Shown: piece by piece, positions 16,984-25,226 of the stretch
Numbering within the stretch: position 1 is the stretch's first letter
Layout: every line of letters begins with the position of its first letter
IMG/VR virus record: IMGVR_UViG_3300032277_000013
Location: 1 to 42,712 of that record
DNA: 42,712 nucleotides
From: a virus
Taxonomy: Duplodnaviria; Caudoviricetes
Strand: one strand, 5' to 3'
Made by a program: the position numbers and the translations under genes
Notes under the pieces: generated by a model
Databases searched by the model: none
The model's input: only the letters and a program-made list of their open reading frames with translations
What the model was told of the DNA's origin: nothing

Positions 16984-18319
16984 ATACACAAACATAAATA
17001 ATGCTTTCTATGCTTTAGTCAGTGATATTCACGATGGGGAAATACTTACTGAGGTTGAACCAAGCCGTAATGGGGAAGTGATGATGATACCCGAACCGGT
17101 TATTTTAACTTATGAAAATCCAACAGAGCGGGTGCTATTCAATACTGCTAGAGATGCCAACCCGTTCTTCCACTTATTTGAAGCACTGTGGATGTTAGCA
17201 GGTAGAAATGATGTTGCTGCTCTCGATACCTACAACAGCAATATGAAGAACTACAGCGACGACGGGGAGACGTTTAATGGTGCTTACGGTTACCGATGGC
17301 GTAAAGCAAAAGAAGCGTTTTTCGATACTGATTTGGATTACATCGACTACAACGAAATAGATCAACTCAACATTCTTATCAACCATTTGAAGAACAACCC
17401 AACAAGTCGGCGGGCTGTTTTACAAATGTGGAATGTGGAAGATGATTTATTACAAATAGATAAAGAACCCGACACACGTTGTACATGGTGTGTAGGGAAA
17501 GGCGTGGACCCAGGAACAGAATCCACGTACTGTAAACACTGTTCAGGAACGGGGGTAGCTCGTAAAGGGACACCCGCTTCCAAGGACGTTTGTTGCAACT
17601 TGTCTGTAATGTTTTCAGTTGAAACTGGCGTATGTCCTGAGTGTGGGGGCGAAGGGGGTATGGAAATTGATACCGGTGCTCCAATGCCAGAAGGAGGCGG
17701 TTTTTATACGGTATACGAACCCTGCCAAAACTGTAATGACTTACCTCACAACGTTCCCCGATACCTTAACATGACGGTTACCAATCGCAGTAACGATTTG
17801 ATTTGGGGAGCGTTAGGTGCAAACTATGTTCACTTCTCGTTTCTTCAAGAGTATGTTGCTTGTTGCTTAGGTTTGGAAGTGGGTGTCTACAACCAAATCT
17901 CAAACAACTTGCACGCATATAAAGACAAGTGGGAACCGCATAAGTGGTTAAACTACTACACGGGTCCAACAGGGAAAAACCATCAAGGAGAAGACGTTTA
18001 CGAAGTCCCACACCAAAAAGACTATGATTCCACTTGGACTCACATCCCATTGGTTAACGACAAGGAAACTTTTGACCGTGAGGTGAAAGAGTTTGTAACC
18101 GACTACGCTAAGAAATGGACCGAACCTTTCTTGTTGAACGTAGCGTTCCCGATGTGTGCTGCTTTCTCTTGGCATAAGACCAGAGATTACGGTTTAGCTC
18201 TAGACATGATGACGGATGTAGGTCAAGAGGACTGGCGTATTGCTGGTACAAACTGGATTCTAAAACGTAAAGAAATGTGGGAGAGCAAACAAGATGCGTT
18301 ATCTGCCCGTGAAGACTGA
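16973..18319 (+). CDS. thymidylate synthase-fold enzyme, probable dUMP hydroxymethylase, with two zinc-finger insertions
   Basis: ATG 16973 with GAGGAG; FEALWML, YSDDG, GAYGYRWR, SRRAVLQMW, KDVCCN, NRSNDLIWG...N, NLHAY. Confidence 0.88.
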   Translation: MHGRYTNINNAFYALVSDIHDGEILTEVEPSRNGEVMMIPEPVILTYENPTERVLFNTARDANPFFHLFEALWMLAGRNDVAALDTYNSNMKNYSDDGETFNGAYGYRWRKAKEAFFDTDLDYIDYNEIDQLNILINHLKNNPTSRRAVLQMWNVEDDLLQIDKEPDTRCTWCVGKGVDPGTESTYCKHCSGTGVARKGTPASKDVCCNLSVMFSVETGVCPECGGEGGMEIDTGAPMPEGGGFYTVYEPCQNCNDLPHNVPRYLNMTVTNRSNDLIWGALGANYVHFSFLQEYVACCLGLEVGVYNQISNNLHAYKDKWEPHKWLNYYTGPTGKNHQGEDVYEVPHQKDYDSTWTHIPLVNDKETFDREVKEFVTDYAKKWTEPFLLNVAFPMCAAFSWHKTRDYGLALDMMTDVGQEDWRIAGTNWILKRKEMWESKQDALSARED

Positions 18320-18320
18320 A

Positions 18321-18527
18321 ATGCGTAAATTATTTTTATCTATTAGACAGCGTTTCTTTTGTAGTCACTTCCGTTATAGGCATAGCAGTGGCTACGATCT
18401 TTCTGAAACTGTGTGTTTGATCTGTGGGCTACGGAGAGGAGCAGGGGGTTCAGACTATGGTAGAGACTGGAACAAAATTGACAAAAGAGGAAAGTATGAA
18501 ATACCTACCAGTGTTGACAAAGCGTGA
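18321..18527 (+). CDS. small hypothetical protein with C/H motif
   Basis: FCSH...CLICG; fills gap; start uncertain. Confidence 0.5.
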   Translation: MRKLFLSIRQRFFCSHFRYRHSSGYDLSETVCLICGLRRGAGGSDYGRDWNKIDKRGKYEIPTSVDKA

Positions 18528-19062
18528 CTTTGTTAATCGGTACGATCAAGGAGAGTTTGGCAACTGCTCACCAACTTGGAACACCTATAAGCTTTGGTTG
18601 GCTGATGCTGATAATTATCCTGTGGAGCAACTGTACCACGTTAGAAATCGAGTAGCTGGTGGAAAGACTTATTACGATGCTACTCAACATGGAGTAACAC
18701 AAATCTATGATAAGTTTATCCACTGTAATGATGAAGAACAGTGGTATATCTCAGCTATGTGCCCCACTGAAAAGACTTTGTTCCAAGGTGAAGTAATGCA
18801 AACTGAAAAGGGTTTGCAGTTGTTTTACACTTGTGTTCCTAAGCCAATGCGGGAAGCATTGAAAATGCAATCGGAACAGGTATCTGGTATAATGGCTAGC
18901 CAGCTTTTGCGGTACTACTTAAACCCTAAAAGTTATGACTGGCTCCAAGAACTGTTAGACCGCTATCCATTTCACGTTATCGAATTAACAGCCCTTTCAA
19001 CCTGTTGGGGGACCCTACCGGGTTATAACACTTTATTCTGGGAAGTAAGATTGGGATACTAA
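18496..19062 (+). CDS. hypothetical protein, possibly ATP-grasp-like
   Basis: ATG with GAGGA SD; GEFGN, HVR, YISAM, FQGEV, VIEL, FWEVR pattern reminiscent of divergent ATP-grasp folds. Confidence 0.55.
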   Translation: MKYLPVLTKRDFVNRYDQGEFGNCSPTWNTYKLWLADADNYPVEQLYHVRNRVAGGKTYYDATQHGVTQIYDKFIHCNDEEQWYISAMCPTEKTLFQGEVMQTEKGLQLFYTCVPKPMREALKMQSEQVSGIMASQLLRYYLNPKSYDWLQELLDRYPFHVIELTALSTCWGTLPGYNTLFWEVRLGY

Positions 19063-19370
19063 TGGAAAGAGAAAAGAAACCACCACAAACTGAAACAGAA
19101 CAAGAGAAACTGTTTAAGTCTTACACAAACGCCACAAATACCCAATCTACTCCAACAAATTTTACCGATTTGAAAACTCTGTTTGATAAGGTACAGAAAC
19201 AAACAGACGAAGCCAACGAAAAAATTATGGGAAACTTCTACGATGGGGGATACCAAGTAATTCCTAACGACTTATTAAACAATTCTCAAATCATGGTTTC
19301 CAACGGTATGTACGAAGCTTTAATCCGTCACATTAAAAATCAAGAGGACAACACTAATGGACCCGAATAA
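19062..19370 (+). CDS. hypothetical protein
   Basis: TAATG coupling; no motif. Confidence 0.6.
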   Translation: MEREKKPPQTETEQEKLFKSYTNATNTQSTPTNFTDLKTLFDKVQKQTDEANEKIMGNFYDGGYQVIPNDLLNNSQIMVSNGMYEALIRHIKNQEDNTNGPE

Positions 19371-20175
19371 GTACCAAAAACTAGCTGCCCGTACCGAATG
19401 TGATCAGGACTATTCGAGGGATCGTATTGCGTACAACAAAGGGAGTTACACCAACCTACCTACCCGACTACTGCATTCCGTACTAGGTATGACGGGGGAA
19501 GTAGGGGAGCTAGCAAGCAACTTGGAGAAGTGGCTGTATTATGGGCAAGAAAAAGACAATACAAACCTTAAAGAGGAACTAGGAGATTTACTTTGGTATG
19601 TGGCGGAAATGTGTAACGCTGCCGGGTTCGAGTTAGCAGACGTTATGGAAGCTAACATTCGTAAGCTACAAACTCGATACCCTAAAAAGTTTGACACTAA
19701 ATTAGCTAAGGAAGAGAACCGAAACCGAGAAGCAGAGGCAAAAGACCTAGCTGGAACAGCACAGCAAACCGGTAGCGGGTTTGCAGAACCGCCAGAGGAA
19801 GCAGAACCGCAAGTTATCACTTTGAGACCAGTAGGTGATGATTTACTTTGTGTTTGTCACTGTGGGAATAGTTGCCAGTTAGGTAAAACGGGTATGCAAA
19901 CCCGTTGCAATCATTCTGAACTACATAAAGCAGAAGTGGATCATGACATAGAATTAAATGGGGTCATTCACGAATACCGATATTTACCTAAATCAGAATT
20001 TCAAAAAATGGCATTGGAAAAGTACGCATCAAAACCACAGCCAGAATTAAAAAAGGAAGATTTTGAAACGGCCCGACAGATAGCTTCCTGGTTGGAAGGG
20101 CAAGTGCATAACACAGCAATTAAAGCAATCGAAGCAGCAGAAAAACGATTTCATAACCAACAGCAAGAAGTATAA
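19357..20175 (+). CDS. MazG-like nucleotide pyrophosphohydrolase with C-terminal extension
   Basis: YQKLAART, GMTGEVGEL, EELGDLLWYVA, NIRKLQTRYP. Confidence 0.9.
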   Translation: MDPNKYQKLAARTECDQDYSRDRIAYNKGSYTNLPTRLLHSVLGMTGEVGELASNLEKWLYYGQEKDNTNLKEELGDLLWYVAEMCNAAGFELADVMEANIRKLQTRYPKKFDTKLAKEENRNREAEAKDLAGTAQQTGSGFAEPPEEAEPQVITLRPVGDDLLCVCHCGNSCQLGKTGMQTRCNHSELHKAEVDHDIELNGVIHEYRYLPKSEFQKMALEKYASKPQPELKKEDFETARQIASWLEGQVHNTAIKAIEAAEKRFHNQQQEV

Positions 20176-20185
20176 GGGATTCACG

Positions 20186-22396
20186 ATGCCTAAAAAGAGT
20201 ACGGATACCACACCAGCCAAACTACGCCCTTACATCTCACATGGTATGGATGTAAGTTATCGGGATGGCGACACTGAGGCAATCTCTGATTGTCCTTGGT
20301 GTGGGGGGGAAAACAAGTTCAGTATCAAAATAACAACAGGACAATGCCGATGCTTAAAGCCCTCTTGTGATTTTAGCGGTAACGAATACAGTTTCATCGG
20401 AAAGTTAATGGAAGTAAGCCATGAAGCAACAGATTGGAAAGATTATGAAGAATTAGCAGAGAGTAGAAAACTAGAACCGGATACGCTGATGACGTGGGGG
20501 GTGTGTAAGTCGGTAATCAACGGACAATGGTTAGTGCCAGCACATACGCCCAACAGCAAATCTAAGCACCCTAAAGCCTACCGCTATAACAAAGGAAAGT
20601 TGTGGGCTACGTCTGGTCATAAACACGCAGTGCATGGACTCGACCTATACAACAAAAAGAAAGGATCGTTGTTTATATGTGAAGGACCGTGGGATGCGAT
20701 GGCGTTATGGGAAACGCTTAGAAAGTGTAAAGAAGGAGACGACGGGTTAACGCCAACAGCCAATAGAAAGGAAAACCTATTAACGGGCTGTAGCGTTATT
20801 GCAATGCCGGGTTGTAATGTCTTTCCCGCTAGTTGGGCAAAGCTTGCAGAAGGTAAAACCGTTTTCCTAATGTATGACAGCGACCATCCGAAAACCAATA
20901 AGGAGACCAACAAGAAACAAACCGCCGTAGGTTACGCAGCTATGAAGCGGGTGACCGGTATACTTTCTTCCCAGAAAGATAAGCCCGCTGAGATACATTA
21001 TCTCAAGTGGGGTAGGCGTGGGTTTGATCCTAAGTTAGATGATGGTACTGATGTAAGAGATTACATTAACCCAAATGGTAAGCCTGTTGATGATGTTCCA
21101 ACGTACAAGCTTAACCAATTACAATCCTTATTGAGTAAAACCGTACCAGTTCCTGAAAAGTGGTTAAAGGCAGAAGTAGAAAAAGCTGACGGGTTGGATA
21201 CTCTAACTTGTACAAGCTATGAGCAGTTGATTACTAGTTGGAGAGTTGCCCTACGTTGGAGCGATGGTTTAGACAAAGCCCTATCGGTTATGTTGGCAAG
21301 CATTGCCAGCACTAGGGCAGTCGGGGACCAGCTATGGATTAAAGTTATCGGTCCTGCTAGTTGCGGCAAATCTACTTTGTGTGAAGCATTAAGCGTTAGC
21401 AAAAAGTATACGCTAGCCAAAAGTACCATCAAAGGTTTCCACAGTGGTTTCAAAACTGATGCTGATGGTAAAGAGGATCATAGCCTTATCAGTAAGATTT
21501 CCGGTAAGACTCTAATCGTTAAAGATGGTGATACTCTCTTACAAGCCGGTAACCTTGGAGAGATACTTAGTCAAGCCCGTGATTTGTATGATGGAGTCAG
21601 TCGGTCCCATTACAACAATAGTATTGACCGTGAATATAACGCTATCCGTATGACGTGGCTGTTGTGTGGCACTAGTAGTTTAAGAAGCATTGACCAGAGC
21701 GAATTAGGTGAACGTTTTTTAGATTGTGTTATCATGGAAGGTATCGACGATAGGGAAGAGGATAAGATCCTCTGGCACGTTGCAAAGCAAGCAGCAGCCA
21801 ACCTAGGACTGGAAGCTGATGAGCAAACCAAAAACCAGTATAATTCCAAGTTGCGTGAAGCAATGCAGCTAACTGGTGGGTATGTTGATTACTTACGGGA
21901 TAATGCTATTGAATCCTTAGTTAAGGTTGGAGTAAGCACAAACGTATTACGAGCGTGTATTAACTTGGGAAAATTTGTAGCGTATACTAGAGCTAGGCCA
22001 AGTAGCCGACAGGAAGAAACGGCTGAAAGAGAATTTGGAGCTAGGTTAGTTACGCAGCTATTGCGGTTAGCTGTTTGCCTAGCGTTTGTGCTGAACAAAT
22101 CCAGAGTGGACGACGAAGTGTTGCACCGGGTTAAGCAAGTGGCGTTTGATACTGCCCGTGGTAGAACGCTATCCATTATTGAGCATCTCCACGAGAATAA
22201 TGAAAAGGGTTGCAGCAAGGGCAACGTGGGTGTGGGTGCTAGTCTGAATGAAACTGAAACGGATAAGCTGCTGAAGTTCTTAAAGAAAATCAAAGCAGTC
22301 AAATTTATACCCGAACAAATAGGACGTAAGAAAGTGGTTAAGTGGAAACTAACTAATCGCCTATATCGGCTGTATTCGACCGTATCAGAGCTTTAG
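20186..22396 (+). CDS. primase-helicase fusion (Zn finger, TOPRIM, MCM-like AAA+)
   Basis: CPWC..C..C, CEGPWD and YDSD TOPRIM, GPASCGKST Walker A, IVKD Walker B, ERF, C-terminal winged helix. Confidence 0.85.
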   Translation: MPKKSTDTTPAKLRPYISHGMDVSYRDGDTEAISDCPWCGGENKFSIKITTGQCRCLKPSCDFSGNEYSFIGKLMEVSHEATDWKDYEELAESRKLEPDTLMTWGVCKSVINGQWLVPAHTPNSKSKHPKAYRYNKGKLWATSGHKHAVHGLDLYNKKKGSLFICEGPWDAMALWETLRKCKEGDDGLTPTANRKENLLTGCSVIAMPGCNVFPASWAKLAEGKTVFLMYDSDHPKTNKETNKKQTAVGYAAMKRVTGILSSQKDKPAEIHYLKWGRRGFDPKLDDGTDVRDYINPNGKPVDDVPTYKLNQLQSLLSKTVPVPEKWLKAEVEKADGLDTLTCTSYEQLITSWRVALRWSDGLDKALSVMLASIASTRAVGDQLWIKVIGPASCGKSTLCEALSVSKKYTLAKSTIKGFHSGFKTDADGKEDHSLISKISGKTLIVKDGDTLLQAGNLGEILSQARDLYDGVSRSHYNNSIDREYNAIRMTWLLCGTSSLRSIDQSELGERFLDCVIMEGIDDREEDKILWHVAKQAAANLGLEADEQTKNQYNSKLREAMQLTGGYVDYLRDNAIESLVKVGVSTNVLRACINLGKFVAYTRARPSSRQEETAEREFGARLVTQLLRLAVCLAFVLNKSRVDDEVLHRVKQVAFDTARGRTLSIIEHLHENNEKGCSKGNVGVGASLNETETDKLLKFLKKIKAVKFIPEQIGRKKVVKWKLTNRLYRLYSTVSEL

Positions 22397-22418
22397 GGGG
22401 TAAGATGTTGCCTGATAA

Positions 22419-22536
22419 CCCCCTAGAATCGACAAAACAGCCCCTTCTAGACGTTTCTAGCCCTTACGGGTGGTACTAGGGGGGTACTAACCCTGAAAGC
22501 CCTTAGAGGGGGCGTTTTGTCGATTTGGTAGGGGCG
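22419..22536. repeat. copy B of ~115-bp phased quasi-palindromic element
   Basis: Arms CCCCTAGAATCGACAAAACAGCCCCTTCTAG and TTAGAGGGGGCGTTTTGTCGATTTGGTAGGGG are imperfect reverse complements; GC patches every ~10 bp. Confidence 0.75.
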
Positions 22537-22576
22537 TATCATAACATTGTTGCAAGAAGCTAATAGAAAGACGATA

Positions 22577-22870
22577 ATGGATTACAACCCGCCAGAGTTC
22601 ATAAACGATGATGATGATTTTGACGACGAGGATTTTTATGAAGATTTCTACAGTGGTCTTTATGGGGAAGCATTTCGAGACGATGAAATTTTAGAGGAAT
22701 ATAATATGTTTCTAGACGATGCTATTCGGGATCGTATGGATGCTGCACCGTATTCCACAGCTTGGTTTGTTAATGAATTTGTGGGAAGGGTAAGTATTGT
22801 AAACAACGGACCAGTTGAGCATCCTCAAATGATTTGTGTTGAGACGTGGCCCAGTTTCATATTGAATTAA
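22577..22870 (+). CDS. acidic hypothetical protein
   Basis: D/E-rich ORF; start uncertain because a TTGCAA-N17-GATAAT promoter-like motif overlaps this ATG. Confidence 0.55.
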   Translation: MDYNPPEFINDDDDFDDEDFYEDFYSGLYGEAFRDDEILEEYNMFLDDAIRDRMDAAPYSTAWFVNEFVGRVSIVNNGPVEHPQMICVETWPSFILN

Positions 22871-22884
22871 AAGGAGTTGGTTCT

Positions 22885-23070
22885 TTGGTTGTTGTTAGAG
22901 ATGGAGAGAAGAAACTGAAGCAGCGTAAGAGTGTACAGATTCCTACAGAGTTAGAGCTATGGAAAGACATTAGAATCCTAGCTGCTAAAGAAAAGCTAAC
23001 TCAAGGACAATGGTGCAAAAAGGTTGTTGCTGAAAAAATTAAACAATTGAAAAAAGAAGGGAAGGTGTGA
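22885..23070 (+). CDS. small ribbon-helix-helix-like DNA-binding protein
   Basis: AAGGAG SD before TTG; strand then two helices (LWKDIRILAAKEKLTQGQWCKKVV). Confidence 0.5.
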   Translation: MVVVRDGEKKLKQRKSVQIPTELELWKDIRILAAKEKLTQGQWCKKVVAEKIKQLKKEGKV

Positions 23071-23071
23071 T

Positions 23072-23317
23072 GTGGTAAAAGATTACGCTGTAATTTTAGC
23101 GGCGAAAGATTCAAAGGGAACCTTGGTGGGTTACAGAGAGTTAAAAGAACACGTTTCCGGTGAAGAAGCATCATTTCAAATTATGAAACTAGAACACTTG
23201 GATAACGATGTGGAGATAGTGAAGAAGGCGTTGAATACGGCGTTAGAGTCAGTGGATGCAACGTCTGAAGAAGGGCAGAAGATGGTTGAACTGTTATTAA
23301 ATTTAGAGAGGAACTAA
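23072..23317 (+). CDS. hypothetical protein
   Basis: Tightly packed ORF with GTG start. Confidence 0.6.
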   Translation: MVKDYAVILAAKDSKGTLVGYRELKEHVSGEEASFQIMKLEHLDNDVEIVKKALNTALESVDATSEEGQKMVELLLNLERN

Positions 23318-23321
23318 TAAA

Positions 23322-23621
23322 ATGAATGCTCAATGTGTAAAACAGTTGGTTTTGTTGGGGGTGATGGGTGTGTGCCTAATCTTGATTGTTTCATTGCCTT
23401 TGGTGCGTTCTGCTGTGTTGGCTTTTGGTCCTGAATGGTTGTCGGGTTTGAAAGAAGTGGAATACAAAGTCGGCAATAACGAATGGACTAAATACATGGC
23501 TCCAAAGGGTAGTTCTGTAACTGGAATAACTTTGGTTCTATCTGAAGTTGTTTGTATGGTGCTGCTTGCTATGTCGTGGGGAAGTTTTTTAATGGTTGGA
23601 AAAGAAACAAGTGAGAAATAA
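23322..23621 (+). CDS. membrane protein (two TM segments)
   Basis: Two hydrophobic stretches; GAGG SD. Confidence 0.6.
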   Translation: MNAQCVKQLVLLGVMGVCLILIVSLPLVRSAVLAFGPEWLSGLKEVEYKVGNNEWTKYMAPKGSSVTGITLVLSEVVCMVLLAMSWGSFLMVGKETSEK

Positions 23622-23672
23622 CCAGGGAATTTTACCCTGTTGCATATAAGAGGTGTAGAAAGGTGATTTAGA

Positions 23673-24284
23673 ATGGGGAGCGTAAATTTACTACCTAAGG
23701 AACGTGGAGCAGACATAAACAAGTTAACTCCTATGATGCGGATGTTTGTAGTGGAGTTACTTGCTGATCCTACTTTTAATGGTAAGAACGCTGCAAAGAA
23801 AGCTGGATATAAGATTCCGGGTAATGCAGCAAACAAACTATTAAAGGATAGACGTATACAAGCAGCGGTAGGGAAAGCAATACGTCAAAGGGCTGAAAAA
23901 ATAGGGTTGGATGCTGAAAGTGTGTTAAGGTATTTGGAAACAGCGTTGTTCCATAACCCGCTAGAATACTTCACGTTCAAACCGGGTGTGGGATACACTG
24001 TAATTAACCCCGATGACATTCCACCAGAGATAGGGAGACTAATCGATAGCATAGAATTAAAGAAGTTCACCGATAACGATGGGAACGTAACTGAGAGTTA
24101 CAAAGTCAAACTGATAAGTAAATCCACTGTGCTGCCGTTGGTTATGAAACATTTGGGGATGTTAACCGACAAACAAGAAATCAAGCAAACCATCGGCATA
24201 GACTTGGAACAGTTGTATCAGCAGGACACTAATCAAACAGACTTAATTGAACAACGCTTGGAAGAGGAGCGAAACAATGGCTAA
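23673..24284 (+). CDS. terS: terminase small subunit
   Basis: LTPMMRMFVVELL...NGKNAAKKAGY...AANKLLK...IQAAV HTH; KVKLISK...LVMKHLGML. Confidence 0.88.
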   Translation: MGSVNLLPKERGADINKLTPMMRMFVVELLADPTFNGKNAAKKAGYKIPGNAANKLLKDRRIQAAVGKAIRQRAEKIGLDAESVLRYLETALFHNPLEYFTFKPGVGYTVINPDDIPPEIGRLIDSIELKKFTDNDGNVTESYKVKLISKSTVLPLVMKHLGMLTDKQEIKQTIGIDLEQLYQQDTNQTDLIEQRLEEERNNG

Positions 24285-24516
24285 AGTAGAAGTTTATGAG
24301 GAAGAAAAACAAGTAGACGTCATAAGATTAAAGTTAGAGCAAGATGGGGAGCATGTGTTGTTGGTTGCTTGTGATGAGAATGGGCGAAAGTTCGATAGGG
24401 GAGTAATAGCCCGATTAGAGGTATTTACTACTGGATTACATATGAACCGATGTTTTGGAGTAGAAGTACCTGGAATAGCTGTAGGCGAAGACCATAAAAT
24501 TAGGGAGGCGATGTGA
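24277..24516 (+). CDS. hypothetical protein (paralog of 24760..25014)
   Basis: ATG with GAGGAG SD. Confidence 0.7.
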   Translation: MAKVEVYEEEKQVDVIRLKLEQDGEHVLLVACDENGRKFDRGVIARLEVFTTGLHMNRCFGVEVPGIAVGEDHKIREAM

Positions 24517-24770
24517 CACACGTAATCATTTCTACATGGACAGATATACTTCTAGCTTTGGCTATTATCGTATTGTCCATATCAATAATTAAAATAGGTA
24601 GACGTAGACACCGTCCACTGACTGTTAAAATTACAGAGCATGGGGATGGAACAAGGCACAGCTTCAGGATCTACATAGTTGATCGATTAGGTAATCAAGT
24701 CAATATGAACGATCAACGGTTAACAGCTTTAGAAGCTTTTAAAAAGACAAAGGAGGAACATGATGCCTAG
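24513..24770 (+). CDS. membrane-anchored hypothetical protein
   Basis: GGAGG SD, N-terminal TM helix followed by RRRHR. Confidence 0.65.
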   Translation: MTHVIISTWTDILLALAIIVLSISIIKIGRRRHRPLTVKITEHGDGTRHSFRIYIVDRLGNQVNMNDQRLTALEAFKKTKEEHDA

Positions 24771-25014
24771 AGAAATCAAAGTCTATACGGATAAGGAAGA
24801 AAAGGAAGTCCCGATCTATTTAGAACTAGTGCCAACAGCGGGGGGTGCAAACGTAATCATGGTGGATGCAGAGGGATACATGCTACCCGGTGGAAGACTT
24901 ATCAAGTTCAGACTAAGCAGCAATCAAAAATTAGTGTTCGCCCGCTATGAAAAAGTACAGAAAGAGGGAGTGCGTACAAACGATTTTGGTAAACTCTTTG
25001 AGGAGGGAATGTAA
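24760..25014 (+). CDS. hypothetical protein (paralog of 24277..24516)
   Basis: AGGAGG SD. Confidence 0.7.
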   Translation: MMPREIKVYTDKEEKEVPIYLELVPTAGGANVIMVDAEGYMLPGGRLIKFRLSSNQKLVFARYEKVQKEGVRTNDFGKLFEEGM

Positions 25015-25016
25015 CT

Positions 25017-25226
25017 ATGTTTGAAGAACCGACTACACTGATTGCACTGCTGTTTATTATGGTGGGGTGTCTGCATTTGTGGCAGACTGCTAAGATAATG
25101 TCCATAACAAAAGATGTGGAACGCTTAAACAAAACCATTAACGAACTGTATCGCAACGTGCAAGCTGAGGAAGCACAGCCAGAAAATCAGCCAGCTAAAA
25201 CCCGTACTATGTGGGGGGATGAGTAA
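25017..25226 (+). CDS. small membrane-anchored coiled-coil protein
   Basis: N-terminal TM, heptads. Confidence 0.65.
   Translation: MFEEPTTLIALLFIMVGCLHLWQTAKIMSITKDVERLNKTINELYRNVQAEEAQPENQPAKTRTMWGDE

Noticed and set aside
17480-17734. Intein or intron in the TS-fold gene
   Set aside because: Inserts are short, in frame, and lack splicing motifs or a homing endonuclease.
16973-18319. Ordinary ThyA or dCMP hydroxymethylase
   Set aside because: KDxxCN/RSND.WG signature and aGPT-Pplase context favour a hydroxymethylase; Asn rather than Asp at the specificity position argues against dCMP. Not proven without assay.
22419-22536. MITE or IS remnant
   Set aside because: No transposase, no target duplication evident, and internal phasing is atypical.
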